Below are positions 50,951-63,306 of a stretch of DNA of 64,000 nt, piece after piece. Made by a program: the position numbers and the translations under genes. The stretch lies in assembly GCA_031835245.2 (NCBI GenBank), contig JAVKOQ020000045.1:1-64000 (forward strand), written 5' to 3'. Every line of letters begins with the position of its first letter. Within the stretch, counting starts at the first letter, position 1. The notes beneath the pieces were generated by a model. The model did no database searches, was not told where the DNA came from, and saw only the letters and a program-made list of their open reading frames with translations. This stretch comes from Balamuthia mandrillaris. Its lineage: Eukaryota.

Positions 50951-51328
50951 ATGGCGGAAGAGCAAAGAGAAGACCAGCTGGTGCAAAAGATATTGGAGTT
51001 TGTGGGGATCAGCCAGGCCACAGAGGGGGAAGCTTTGGAATATCTGCAGCGCCACAGGAACGACTTGGAAGGCGCCGTGGCCGCTTACTTCAATGATAAA
51101 GAGCAACGACGGAGAGGGCCTTCCCCTCGTGGTGGCGGCGGAGGTGGCGGCGGCTTGACTGCTCACAACGCTAGGAACACAACGTCCAGCAGCCGCGGTA
51201 GTTCCAAACCTCTTCCTGCCGCGCGCAATAACTATTCCTCTGGGCCACCCATCACTGTCAGGGTTTGTTCTTTTTTTTGTTCCTTCCCTCCTACAAGGCA
51301 GAGACAGAGAGGAAACAATGAGAGCACA

Positions 51329-51380
<52 letters not shown>

Positions 51381-52165
51381 GTATCAATGAGACAAAGAGG
51401 AAGAGAGAGAGAGAAGTACTTTTACCACTCAATTGAACCGGCATTCTCTATTAGCTATTCCTCGAGCATAACATGCGAGAATGGAAGCGAGTGGACTTGG
51501 TGGATGTGGAGCACCCTACCGTTGAACATGAGAAAGGCAGCATTGCCTCCTTGAAAGAGCTATGCGGCCGTCTGATCGTGGCAGAGACCGTAACAACCGA
51601 TCGTCTCGTACACGAGCTGCGTGGCAAAGGCAAAAGCAAGAAAGCAGCAGCGGCGGTGACGGCTGGAGGCGCTCCCGCTTCCCTTCACAAGAAAAAGAAA
51701 AATGGAGGAGGAGAGAAGAAGAGGGAGGCACAGAAGAGCTCTGATAGAAGAAAAACGGAACGAGAGGAGCTCCCGCCTCCTCTTTCTGCTGTTGGACCAT
51801 CCAGTTCCACTGGGTTAAAGAACAAGGAGGACGAGGATGATGACGACGAAGGAGAGGAAGAGAGTGGTGTAAAGGATTGGTCCAGAGCGCATGCACCCCT
51901 TATAACAGAGTTCGATGTGCTGAAGGATTCGTTGCCCCTCGATCTCTGCCAATACCTTCAATATCTGCGTAAGTGCCGGCCTCGGGCACAGCAATGTCGG
52001 TTTGGCCAGGATGCAACCTTGTATGACGTTGGCGTACGTAGAGCAATCTTACCTCTTCCTAGTTTTATTAATTATGCTAACCCTTCACATTCTGTGATGT
52101 GTAGGTATGGGCTTCGCTCAACTTTGGCATTCCATTGCACCGAATGCGGTTTTGGGCATTTGTAA
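50951..52165 (+). CDS. UBA-like domain protein with SOCS-box-like motifs
   Basis: N-terminal FVGISQATEGEALEYLQRHRNDLEGAVAAYF; later ASLKELCGRLI and LPLDLCQYL. Confidence 0.7.
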
Positions 52166-52240
52166 AACGTCGCAATAGAACAACCCGACCTGCATTTCCG
52201 TTTGAGCCATCCAAGTTTACACAACGTATCCCTCTTCTTG

Positions 52241-52273
<33 letters not shown>

Positions 52274-52399
52274 ACCTCTCTCCCTTACTCTCTCTTTCTC
52301 TCTCTCCCTCTCCCCTCTCGAACTTATTTGCTTTTTGTTGTCTCGCTTTTTGGTTGACGCACAGCGATACAAAGCCTACTGCAACATAAGAGATCAACC

Positions 52400-53550
52400 G
52401 TTTTGAATTTATTTTTGGAAGAATCAACAGCTCCAAAGGTTAGCCATACACAAGAGTATTTAACCTTCGCCACTATTGAAGCTGCTTGGCAACCATCTGC
52501 TGTTGGTACGTAGTCTTTTATTGTACTTAAACAATGATCAGCAAGAGAAGGATGAAAAGCGAGGGATCTTTCTTGTGATATTAATAGGGCTTTTAATTTG
52601 GCAACAGTTCCCCATCCAAGTGGTAGCAACGACACAAAAGCGCACACTCCTCTCTTTCCTGTACATAACCCTGAGGAAGACGCTTTGATCTTTTTCAAAT
52701 ACTACGACCCATCCACTGAGACATTAACGTATGCTCTCTGTTCTGTCTTTTTTTTTGTCCTATTGCTTACTCTGATGAAAAATAGTTACATATGCCACTT
52801 GTATGTGCATCTCGACCAACAGATAGAGAACGTTGTGCCTCTTCTCAATGAGAAGATGGGCTTCTCCAACGATTTGTCTTTATTGCTATTTGAGGTACAT
52901 CATCCGGCATACCGGTTTTTTTTTGAATTACTTTCTTTTACATTAACATGCTCGGGTCGCTCTCTGTCCAGGAAATCAACGAAGTGATGATCGATCCACT
53001 GAGCGCTTCAGACACATTCAGGAAAGCTGAGCTTTCCAATGGAGATTGCATCACGTTTCAACTCTGTCCCTCTGAGTTGCGTCTCGTTCTCTTCTCTTCG
53101 CTGTGCTCTCTTTCCCTTTCTCTCGCTCTCTCTCTCCCTCTCTCTCACTGTCGCTCACTCTCTGATCACTTCATTTTTTGTTTCTCACCAACAAACCTAA
53201 AACCAACAGAGGAAGCACGTGCCGATGGGCTTTAGCAACAGACTATTATCAATATTTGTTGCGGTGGATGCGGGTTAGTTTCCGCACAGCAGTTGCCCCT
53301 TACGAGGAGGTTTGTTGCCTTCTCATTGAGAAGACTGCTACATACGAGCAGATTCTTGGCCAGCTGGCCACCTTCTTATGCCTAGACATGTCCGACATCC
53401 ATTTGCTTTCTCTCTATGAACACAATGGGTAACTTTTCTCCTGCTTTTCTTTATTCATTTATCTCTCTCTCTCTCTCTCTCTCTCTCATCGTTTACACAT
53501 GCAACGAACAGGCCACATGGACGACCCGCACCAAAAGCGATAGCACCTGA
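52400..53550 (+). CDS. USP7-like C-terminal ubiquitin-like domain fragment (truncated gene or pseudogene)
   Basis: LIFFKYYDPSTETLTYICHLYV, LLLFEEI, AELSNGDCITFQ; no MATH or catalytic domain nearby; boundaries approximate. Confidence 0.7.
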
Positions 53551-53864
53551 TGACACATGGGTGGCCAGCAGGTTACTGCGCCCAACGGGCCCTCAATACC
53601 AACACTCTTCCAGCAATCTTACTCTCTACTTCTCTTTCTGCGAATTGTAGAAAGTGTACCCCGCCCGTCTTTGTGCTTTCTTGGTTTTAGTTTTTTGTTC
53701 AAGTGTGCACTTGTATGGTTTTTTTTTGTGTATTTGTTTATAGCTTCAAATGCAAACAAACTTCCCTCTGCCTTCTGCCTTGTGCGGCCAACGAACCCCC
53801 AAAATACAAAAAAAACAAAAAAACAAAAGACGATAAGTATCTTATAGAAAAGAAGGAAAGGACG

Positions 53865-54393
53865 ATGCGCGTCGTTTGGAGGTGTTACAATGGAAGGCAG
53901 AGCGCTGCGCGCTTCACGGCCACTTTCGAAGGAACAGGCGCTTTCTGTTCTGTCGGTCAGCAGCACCGCACCACCGCGGCCAATACGGCAACCTTGCGGG
54001 AGGGACGTGCGTCGCTCTTTGCGTCCGCGCCTTCTCTCCCCCCTTGCCGACCGGGCTGGTGGGGCAACTGCTGCCCGTTGCAACAGCAGCGGCATCAACA
54101 CCGTGCTACCAAAAGGGAGGTAGTAGAACAGAAGGAGGATGAGGAGAAGGGAGAAGAAGAACAAAAAGAAGAAGAAGAAGAAGAAGAAGAAGAAGAAGAA
54201 GAAGAAGAAGAAGAAGAAGAAGAAGAAGAAGAACAAGAAGAAGAAAATAAGAAAGCGCAAGCGGTAGATTGCGTTTTCTCGCGGACAAAACAGCTAGTAG
54301 AGAGCGAGCTGGAAGAAAAATTTGTGTTGGGAAGCGGGCGGGGTGGCCAAAACCTACACAAGACCGCCAATTGTGTCTTTCTCAGACACGTAT

Positions 54394-54434
<41 letters not shown>

Positions 54435-54503
54435 CCCACTCACTTCTTGCCTATTATGTACAGATACCAACAGGGTTGATAGTGAAGGTAATGCGCAAGT
54501 GGC

Positions 54504-54547
<44 letters not shown>

Positions 54548-54818
54548 TCTCTCCTCATAACGCATCCCGAAAAACTGATCCGCGAAAACTTCTTCCTGTG
54601 TTCAGTGTCACAAGACGCGTTCCCAAGAACAGAACCGCAAAGTAGCGCGCAAGTACATGATGGAAAAGCTGCGGCAGCTGTATTTTCCAGCGGAGAGCAA
54701 AAAGCTGAGAAGACAAGAGCTGATTAGGCGAAGAAAGCAGCGTAAGCTGCGACGTTTGTCCTCTCCCTCCGGCCTGGTTGCCGCTGCCCTTCCTCCCTCT
54801 TCCGCCGCCAACGGATGA
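53865..54818 (+). CDS. Mitochondrial peptidyl-tRNA hydrolase / RF-1 domain protein (mtRF-R/C12orf65-like), 3 exons
   Basis: LEEKFVLGSGRGGQNLHKTANCVFLRH|IPTGLIVK|CHKTRSQEQNRKVAR, basic tail, poly-Glu from (GAA)n. Confidence 0.88.
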
Positions 54819-54960
54819 CCTCTTCGCCACCAAGCCTTCCTTTTAGTCGAGAGGAATTCGGAAATGAATTAAAGTTGAATTCCTCAGCATCGCTGAACGA
54901 GAGACTTTAGGAGAAGAAGTTCACCACCACAAAGCAACAACAACAAAGGGCGAGCTCGTG

Positions 54961-56349
54961 ATGGTGGTTGACTCTCAACAACAACGAAGTTCAAAGTGGA
55001 GCGCGAGGATATGGAGGAAAAAAAGGAGGGGAGGAAGCAACAACAACGAGGAAGGGGTATGGCCGGAGGGTATTCCATGGGAAACACGCACACGGATAGC
55101 CCCAAAGCAAAACCTGTGGTTATTCCTGGGGGTATGCTTACCGACCGTCATTAACCTTCTCTTCCTGTGTTTGATGGGCGCAACTTTGGTGGTGGCCTAC
55201 GACCGAGCATTCGGCGCCATCGTCTTCGTACTGCTGTTCGGCGGCTACGCATTGGCTTGGTTGGTGCTTTACGCGGTGGGCGGGTGCTGGTTGTGGAGTA
55301 AGAAGGAGAAGCTGAGGCCAGCCGTTCTCTCAGCCTGCACGGCCTGCTTTCTGGCCACGTTGACCGCCTTCGTGCTGCTCTCGATATGGATGCCGCTCTC
55401 CAACCTCAATCATGTGCGGATCGAGAGCTTCGACTGGGTGGATCCTCTCAACGCTGGCTCTTTGGGTGGAGAGGAGCAAGAGACCAGTCGCTTTGTCTTT
55501 GTCTTTGGGGAGGACGCCACCTTGCCACCCCTCTCCGAGGGGATCTATGGTGAAAAAGTCATCACGGAAACTGCCAACGCTCCGCAGTATATCTACTATT
55601 GCGTCTATCCTATAACGGCGGCCACTTCTGATCCTTCTTCTTCCAACTCTTCTTCTCCTTCTTATACCTACATCAACTCATCACGAGCATTGAGTGTGAA
55701 CATTGATGCAGCCATCGCCTGTCAGTTTCGCCCTTCTTCCTCTTCTTCCGCTGTTGCCTCGTGCGAGCATGAGGTCTATTCCAGCAGCGCCAGCAGATGC
55801 TTCCGTAACGTTCGCAAAGTGTTGGACTCATCCTCTACATCCACTTCACCCTTGAAAGGGATGGTGGGACTTCGGGCAGATATGTATTATAGAAACCATC
55901 TGCTGGACAAGAGCGAGTTCGAGCTAGTGGTGGAGCGGTTGCGAGAGGCGGTTAACAACCAAGTTGGCGGGCGGATGGAAGAAGACGTGACGCTTCTCAC
56001 CCTCTTCCAGGATGGGGAGCAGTTCGAGGAGGAGAGGGATAGAGCTAGCAAGGACTTTGCCATCGGGGTTGGCTTGCTGACGGCTCTGCTGGCAAGCTGC
56101 TTCCTAGGGGCTGCAGTCGGGTTTGCCTGGTGGATGCGCAGCCATCACGTTCGCGTCCATCGGCGAACGGCTCAGGAGATGAAGGAACTGGGCAGGCAGC
56201 TAAAGGAGCAAACCCTTCAGAGGTTGTGGCAGCTGCGGGCTAACGATGGCGAGAGCAAGGGCGGCGCCCCCTCCTTCCTCTCCCTGCTGCCAGCCGAGGT
56301 GTTGGGTTTGGTGGAGCAGATGGTCACCCACAACACCCCGTCCGATTAG
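54961..56349 (+). CDS. Hypothetical multi-pass membrane protein, intronless
   Basis: 463-aa ORF, 3-4 N-terminal and 1 C-terminal hydrophobic segments. Confidence 0.8.
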   Translation: MVVDSQQQRSSKWSARIWRKKRRGGSNNNEEGVWPEGIPWETRTRIAPKQNLWLFLGVCLPTVINLLFLCLMGATLVVAYDRAFGAIVFVLLFGGYALAWLVLYAVGGCWLWSKKEKLRPAVLSACTACFLATLTAFVLLSIWMPLSNLNHVRIESFDWVDPLNAGSLGGEEQETSRFVFVFGEDATLPPLSEGIYGEKVITETANAPQYIYYCVYPITAATSDPSSSNSSSPSYTYINSSRALSVNIDAAIACQFRPSSSSSAVASCEHEVYSSSASRCFRNVRKVLDSSSTSTSPLKGMVGLRADMYYRNHLLDKSEFELVVERLREAVNNQVGGRMEEDVTLLTLFQDGEQFEEERDRASKDFAIGVGLLTALLASCFLGAAVGFAWWMRSHHVRVHRRTAQEMKELGRQLKEQTLQRLWQLRANDGESKGGAPSFLSLLPAEVLGLVEQMVTHNTPSD

Positions 56350-56557
56350 CAAGAGAGCCAAAGAGCCTCCTGCTCGTTCATGTTCATGTTGTTTGTTGTC
56401 ATCCTTTGTTGAACGTTCAAGTGTGTGTAATAATTATACTTGCCTCTCACTCTCTCTTGCTCTCTCTCTCCTCTCTCTCTCTTCTCTCTCTTCTCTCTCT
56501 CTTGTCCCCAAAGAGCAGAGCAAGGAAAAAAAAAAACAAAACAAACAACACCAAAGA

Positions 56558-56793
56558 TGAGTGGCACGAGTCCGTTGAGCAAGTTGTGGGCGTCCTACAA
56601 AGCTATTCCACCGTGGAAGCGCATAACGGGGGGCCTCATAGTATCGTTCATCGGCTTCGTGGGCATGCAGTTCACCGCGCCGCCCTCCTCCCCTCCGCGC
56701 GCCGCCCTCCCCCGCCAGCCCCAACACCAAAAGCATGTGCAGCAGCAGCAGCTGGAGCAAGGCCCTATTTCTTCGGACCAACCGCAACGATGA
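56558..56793 (+). CDS. Small single-TM hypothetical protein
   Basis: ATG after A/C-rich leader; WKRITGGLIVSFIGFVGM hydrophobic segment. Confidence 0.55.
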
Positions 56794-56962
56794 ATGAACG
56801 ACACGCTGCGCATGGATGAGCAGTGCACACACAAACAACAGCAAAGCAACTAAAACTGAAAGAAAGCCTCATCTTTTGTGGTTTGTTTTTTTGTTGTCCT
56901 TTCTTTTCATTTGGTTTCGTGTAAAAGTAAGGAGAAGCTGCGGGGAGACCAAAAGACCTAGG

Positions 56963-57480
56963 ATGCAAGCAGACGGTGGCTGCAACGCGAGGCTCCGAAC
57001 GGAGGAAGAAAAAGTGGTAGAGCACGTGGTAGACCTTACGGCAAAGCTGCTGCGCAGCATCGCCGAGGGGGACTGGGAGAGCTATGTACGGCTGTGCGAC
57101 CCTGATTTAACTTGCTTCGAGCCTGAAGCTCGAGGTACCGTTCCGTTCTTTAGCGTTGAGGTTGCTCAGTGACTGATGGTACCTTCTTCTTGAAAACAAA
57201 AGGGCACTTGGTGGAAGGGATGCCGTTTCACAAGTTTTACTTTGAGCTGGCTCAACATAAAAAGATGAAGGAGCAACCGCTGCCTCCCGCCCACACGACC
57301 ATGGTGAACGTGAAGGTCAAGGCCCTGGGGAAAGACGCTGCGGTAGTCAGCTACGTGCGGCTGACGCAGTGTCTCGACGACGCTCAGAAGCCCCTCACCA
57401 AAGCGCATCAGGAAACGCGTGTGTGGCAGCGCAAGGACAACGGGGACTGGCTCCTTGTTCACTTTCATCGCAGCGCGTGA
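56963..57480 (+). CDS. Stand-alone CaMKII association (hub)/NTF2-like domain protein, 2 exons
   Basis: LLRSIAEGDWESYVRLCDPDLTCFEPEARGHLVEGMPFHKFYF..YVRLTQ..ETRVWQR..WLLVHFHRS. Confidence 0.92.
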
Positions 57481-57585
57481 CAAAAGAGGCTGGCAAGCAA
57501 TGTACATCTATCTATTCACAACCAAGGAGAGAAAAGCAACTTCACGCATACACACTCTCTGCTGCTGGAAGAATATCGGCCGGAC

Positions 57586-59118
57586 TCAGACGAACTTTGG
57601 TTTCTTGCAAACACGACTGCTCTTCTTTTGCAGCTGCTTTGCAAGTTTGTGTTGGATGGCGGCTCTGCGTCTTGCTTCCTCTGGGCTTTCTTCATAGCCT
57701 CTAACCAGCTGACGACGGCGTGTTGGTGTTCTCGCTGGTGATGTGGTAGGTGAGGCCCGCCGTGGTGGCGATGCTGCAGATGAAGAGGAAGCAGAAGACG
57801 ACGAAGAAGAAGAAGGAACAGATAGAGAACGAGAAGTAGAACTCAGTTTGGAAGGAGATCCTGGTGTTGCAAACAGATTGGTGTCTTCTGGCGCAGTTTT
57901 TGAGGGGCAGGATCGTTTGTTGGAAGGTCTGTTGTTGGCAGCAGATGGTGACTAGGTTTTGTCTGGGTCAGTCGATCGCATCACATGAGAGAGAAAGGGA
58001 GAAGAGAGAGAAGAGAAAGCTGAAATAGTACCTGTGATGGCTCTTCAACAATAATGGGGGGTGGGTTATTTGAGTCATGAGGAGGTTGCAGTTCCAGGAA
58101 AGACTGATAGAGACGAGTACACAGGCCATGTGATGGTGGTTGTTGTGAAATACTGCACGCAACAAAGGTCTGCAGCCGGTCCTCATCGTACTTGTCGTGA
58201 TCGAAACGGGGTGTAGTGAATGCTGTAAAAGAATGGGAGTTTGCAAGGATGCCACCCAGCTGAAGAGAAGGTTTCAACCGCACCTTTCGGCAACACTGCC
58301 CCTCTGCTCTTATACTCTTCTATTTCAGCCTCTAAGAGCGAGAAATGCGTTAACACGTGTTTAAAAAACAGGATGTGTGTGCACCTACCCTTGCGCATGA
58401 TGGTAGCTTTCAAGTCGGCTACTTGTTGTTGCAGCTCGTCAGCCACAAAGAGTAATGGAAGGGTAAAGTAGCGTTTGAAAAAGAGAGCCTGTGCGGGATC
58501 GGAGGCCTGAAAGAGAGTATGGCACCTAAACGCCCACTTGAGGCAGTAAAAGTCGATCTTTCGGGAGAACAACAGCTGCAAGCTGCCGTCAGCCTGGTAG
58601 TGCGTTAGTTCCGCAAACAAGAATGAGCGAGTGATAGCATACATACTTCGCGTTGGGCCTCAAACTGTGTGGACTCCAATGCTGACGGAGGGTCGGGCGC
58701 CTCTTGTTGCAGCAAGTACTGTTTTAGCAAAAGAAGAAGCCGCTTTACAGGCATCTCTAACAAGGGGTTGAACAGCTGCCAGCCAAAATAATAGCGGTTC
58801 GTCAACAGGAAAAAACAGGAAAGGGCTAACGTGACATGCACCCACCTCTTTGTCCCTCTTGATATCCTCTCGTTGGCTACATTGAGCCCAAACAGCCGTC
58901 AGGTCAGTGGCCAGCAAAACATAAGCAGTGCTCAGGAACTTGGCCTTGAAGAAAAGCGTAGTAACAACAGAGGAGGCGCCAACCGCCCGCCCTGTCGTTG
59001 GCAGCACCAGCCGTTGCCAGGGCTCGGCCTCCAGTTCCTTCAAGATGTCACCGGCAGCATGAGCCCCCAAGCCCACCTCCCTTCCGGGCACGCGTGGTGG
59101 TGTCTGTGCGGCCTCCAT
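57586..59118 (-). CDS. NHEJ1: XLF/Cernunnos-like NHEJ factor (multi-exon)
   Basis: PW..L, LFFKAKF..YVLLATDLTAVW, FNP, W.F.C, FTLPLL, coiled coil, disordered tail ending KKPKFV. Confidence 0.78.
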
Positions 59119-59242
59119 TTTCTATCCACCATGTGGGGTAAAAACAACGGGTGGAAAAACAAGTTGTTTGGGTCGACAGCAAATATTTTGGCGGGAAAAA
59201 ATACCTGTCCGCAAAAATAAACTCTAACAAAACAAAAACAAA

Positions 59243-60283
59243 ATGTTGGGGCAGGAGGGAAGAGCAGCTCTGTGCGTGTTCTTCAAGGAGAGGAGCCCCG
59301 ACTACGAGGAGGTGTGCGTCTCTCTCTTCCTCAAAGAGGAGGAAAAGCGGATTTTGCTGACAATGCATTTGTGGGAGTAGGAAGCGCTGCAAAAGGGATA
59401 TGCTCCGCACTTTGTGCCAACGCTGGCTTTTGATTTTTGTAACCAGGAGGAGCTGGAGTCGGCTCTGTTTGACAACGAAGAAGAGTATGAAGGCCTGATC
59501 GTTACCAGCCAAACCTCTGTGGAAGCGCTCCGACGAGTTTTTGAGGCGGGTCTACAGAACTGTAGATGGCGTGACATACTGGAGCGGTGGCAAAAGAAGA
59601 GGTGCTTTGTGGTGGGAGCCAAGACCAATGCCGCGCTGCAATCACTGCTAGGAGGAGGTGGCAGTGGAGAACATACAATTTCATCTCAAACGCTTGTCGC
59701 CAACAAGGCAGATGAACTGGCGCGATTGATGATCGCTGCGCTAAAAGAGAACCCACAACAAAGTGCCGACACAACCCGAAATAGCTCGCTCTTGTTTGTG
59801 TGCAGCAACATTCGGCAGGACACATTACCGCAGGCGCTACGAGATGCAGCCATACCATTCCACGAGGTGCGGGCGTACTGCACCAAAACAGCGCCTACGC
59901 TCGCAAACGAAGCACGAGCGGTGTTCGGTTCTTCTTCACGCATTAAAATGGCACGAGGATCCACAGCAATACAGAACGCAGCGAATGAAGAAGGACTAGC
60001 AAAGGGAACAAAGGCACAAGCGCCGAGTGCTAGCCACCGCAGGACGTGGCTTTGCTTCTTTAGCCCTTCTGGGGTAAAAGCAGTGCACGCTGCTCTGCAG
60101 CCCGATCAGCAAGTGGAGAGGGGAGAAGAGGAAGGTGGAGAGTGGTTGAAGTTTGCGGTTATTGGAGAAACGACTGCCAACCAGGTAGAGAAGACATTTG
60201 AAAGGAAACCAGAGGCAGTAGCTGAAGCTCCCAACGCGAAGGCGATGATAGAAGCCATATATAGGTGGGACGAGCAGCACGCT

Positions 60284-60289
<6 letters not shown>
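59243..60289 (+). CDS. UROS: Uroporphyrinogen-III synthase, 2 exons
   Basis: GLIVTSQTSVEA, FVVGAKT, LFVCSNIRQDTLP, FFSPSGV, AVIGETTA, AEAPNAKA. Confidence 0.92.
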
Positions 60290-60322
<33 letters not shown>

Positions 60323-60370
60323 GGAGAGAATACCTCAAAACATGCGCCTTGTTACACACCAAGTAAATGA

Positions 60371-61135
60371 TTACACATAAAAGAGCTGGTAAAGCCTGAA
60401 TAAAGTGTTGGCGCAGTCGTCGGCATCCTTGTTGTGCTCGAACAATTCAAGGGCGGCCTGCACTGCACGATCGATGCGCCGACGGTCGTTGTCAGAGAGG
60501 AAGCTGCTGGTTGCCAGCTTGGAAAGCAACCAGGTGAACTGCTCCAAACTGAGGTTTGAACGGCCGACGAGGCTACTTTGATGCACTTTCAAGCGCTGCG
60601 CAATGTCATCCGTTAGGTTTGTGGTCGTTGAAGGATGCACCATCGTGGCTGTTATAGGAGTAGGCAGCAAGTGCGTGTTGGTAATGGCAGCAGTATGAGT
60701 CGAGGACAGAGCAGAGGATGCCTGAGTTGAAGAAGGTCCAGAATGCTTCCGCACTTTAGCTTGGTCACTGGCAGAGATACTGTCCCAGCCAAAGAGGTAT
60801 TGTTCAGGATCTGCGTCACGATACTACAGAAGTGGGACGGACGACGGAAGTTAGTACAATAGTGGCGAAGTTGCGGGGGGAAGGAAGAGCCTTGTACCGG
60901 GAAGCACTGGAGGTGGTAGTAGTGATAACCACTGTGGTCGCGGTCATATTGCTTGCCTATTCTCAACTCTCCCTTTTGAATGGTACGGTTGCATTTTTTG
61001 CACTGTTGGGAAGGAGGGAGGGGGTTTTTTTAAAAAGTCAAGATCTGCTTCGGTGCATAATGTTAAGGGGCAACAAACCGCAGAGCGATTGCTCTTCGCA
61101 TACTCAACCATACAAGGGAACTCAATGCCTGCCAT
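60371..61135 (-). CDS. PARP-type zinc-finger protein (multi-exon)
   Basis: VEYAKSNRSA.., GELRIGKQY..YYHLQCF. Confidence 0.75.
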
Positions 61136-61436
61136 TTTTGTTTGTGCTAGTGAGCTTTCTTCCTTGGGACAAACCAAGTAAAACAACAGCAAGTTTGGCT
61201 TCCTTTAAAGATTTCCTGGAAGGATTTTGGGATTGTTGCCGACAAATGTAATTTTCTGTATTTGTTGCCGACAAATGAAATGAATAAAAAGACAGAAAAA
61301 AAACTCGGAAAAAAAAAAAGGACACGAACGATACACACCGAAGAAGAAACCTTGCGTCATCATGTTCCCTTACGCCCCTCAGATCAATACGGTAACCAGT
61401 TCTCAGCTTTTTCATGTATCTTGGTGAGTTAACGTT

Positions 61437-63039
61437 ATGGTTGGTGCACAGAAAGCGGAGGAATTGAAAGAGTTGGGCAATGCTGCCTTCAAGGACCACC
61501 AGTACCGGCAAGCAGTTACACACTACTCTTCTGCATTATCTTATGATCCACAGAACCACGTCCTTTATAGCAACCGTAGTGCGGCCTACCTTAAGTTAAG
61601 CAAGTTTGACAACGCCCATAAGGATGCAGACAAGTGTATTCAGCTGAAACCTGACTGGGCAAAAGGTAAGTATCAATATGCCACCTCCTTTTCTTTTATA
61701 TTATTATTATTTTCTTTATTGATTTGTCTTCTAGGCTATTATAGGAAAGCACAAGTGCTATTGCTCACTGATATGCCACAAGTAGCTTATAAGTATTTGG
61801 TGGTAGCCTTGTCTTATTGTGGTAATGAAGTAGAGCGTAAAAGCATAACACAAGACCTTAAACAAAGTATTCATAATAGCTATTCATCTCTTCTCTCTGA
61901 GCTTCCAAGTAAGTTTCTTTCCAAACTTGTTGAGTATGTTGATCTAATGAAACAAAAGTTGGAGTAAAATATTTTGATATACAGAAAGGCCGAGGACTTT
62001 ATGCTAAAAGAAAAATAACTAAAGGAGAAATTGTGTTTAGTGAAGAAGCTTTAGTTGCAGGTCCTTTAAAACATTCTCTTATTTTATATTGTGAGAGATG
62101 CTTTAATGAAATACATTCTTCTAATGGTACATATTCTTAAACAAATTATTTGCAATTTTAATTTTATTTTTTTAAATAGGAGTTTCTTGTGATATTTGCC
62201 AAACTGTTTATTGCTCTGAACAATGCAAACAAATGGCTTTAAATCAAGTATGTTTAATTGTTTTGTTTTTATTTATTTTTTTGTTAATTCATTTTAACTA
62301 AACTTTTTAATAGTATCACAAGGTTTTATGTTTAAGATCATCAAAAAAGCATTCACTTACACAAATGTTTGAACTTGCAAAATGTCAAAAGGATCCTGTT
62401 TCTCATATTTATCTTTTGACTTTAATTATCAAACTCATTACAACTCAAGTTCAATTATTAGCAAAAACAATAACTGTTCCTACTTCTTTTGATTTAAATG
62501 CTGTCAAAACTGCTTTTTTAACAGCATTTGAAGAAAGAAATGGAAAACATATCAATTACTTTCCAGAATGTGACAAGTTTTATGCATTTACTTGTATTAA
62601 TATGAAAACGATTTTAGAAGAACAAAGTGATATGCTTGAATTTTATAGTAATAAGTTAAAAGAGATGATTATGATTCAAGCAAGGCACTTTGAGGAATCA
62701 CAACAATTTAGTGATGCTTTTACTCTATTACAAAGTGCAAAAAAATTGTATTACCTCTTTCAACAAGAAAGTTTAAAGCAAATGAGTATTCAAATTGCTT
62801 TAAATGGATTACAATGCCTTCCTAATGTTGGTGGCCTTTATTTTATTCATTCTTTAGTTAATCACTCTGATGAACCTAATTGTGTGATTTCTCATCAATT
62901 AGAACATCAACAAAACTTTTGTATTTATGTTAGAGCTACAAAAGATATTCAATTAGGAGAAGAAATAAGTTTAGATTATTTTTATAATTGTAATGATGAT
63001 AAACTTCGTCAACAAAATAAGAAAAAATATTTTATTTAA
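61437..63039 (+). CDS. TPR + SET/MYND (SMYD-like) protein (multi-exon)
   Basis: AEELKELGNAAF..YSNRSAAY..PDWAKGYYRK; GRGLYAK, YCERC, YCSEQC, SLVNHSDEPNC, ATKDIQLGEEISLDY. Confidence 0.88.
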
Positions 63040-63060
63040 TAAAAATTTCTTTTAAATTAT

Positions 63061-63193
63061 TGTGATAAGGCTGGTAGGGGAACAACTTAATGGACACTAA
63101 CTTGATGGGTGTAGGGAAAAGACCTTTAATAAAATGAAGGAAAGAGATATATATACAAGGAGAGATGGGGATAGGTATTATGAGAGAGTGTAT
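63061..63193 (-). mobile_element. Solo LTR of the gypsy element (terminal bases eroded)
   Basis: Matches 16215-16352 along its length. Confidence 0.9.
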
Positions 63194-63306
63194 TATTAAA
63201 AGATAGTTTGTAAAAATACTTTCATTTCTAATAATGAACATATTGTTTTCATTTTTAATGGTTCTTTGTTTTGTTTTTTTTTTAATTCTTTTCCTTTCTG
63301 AAGTAT

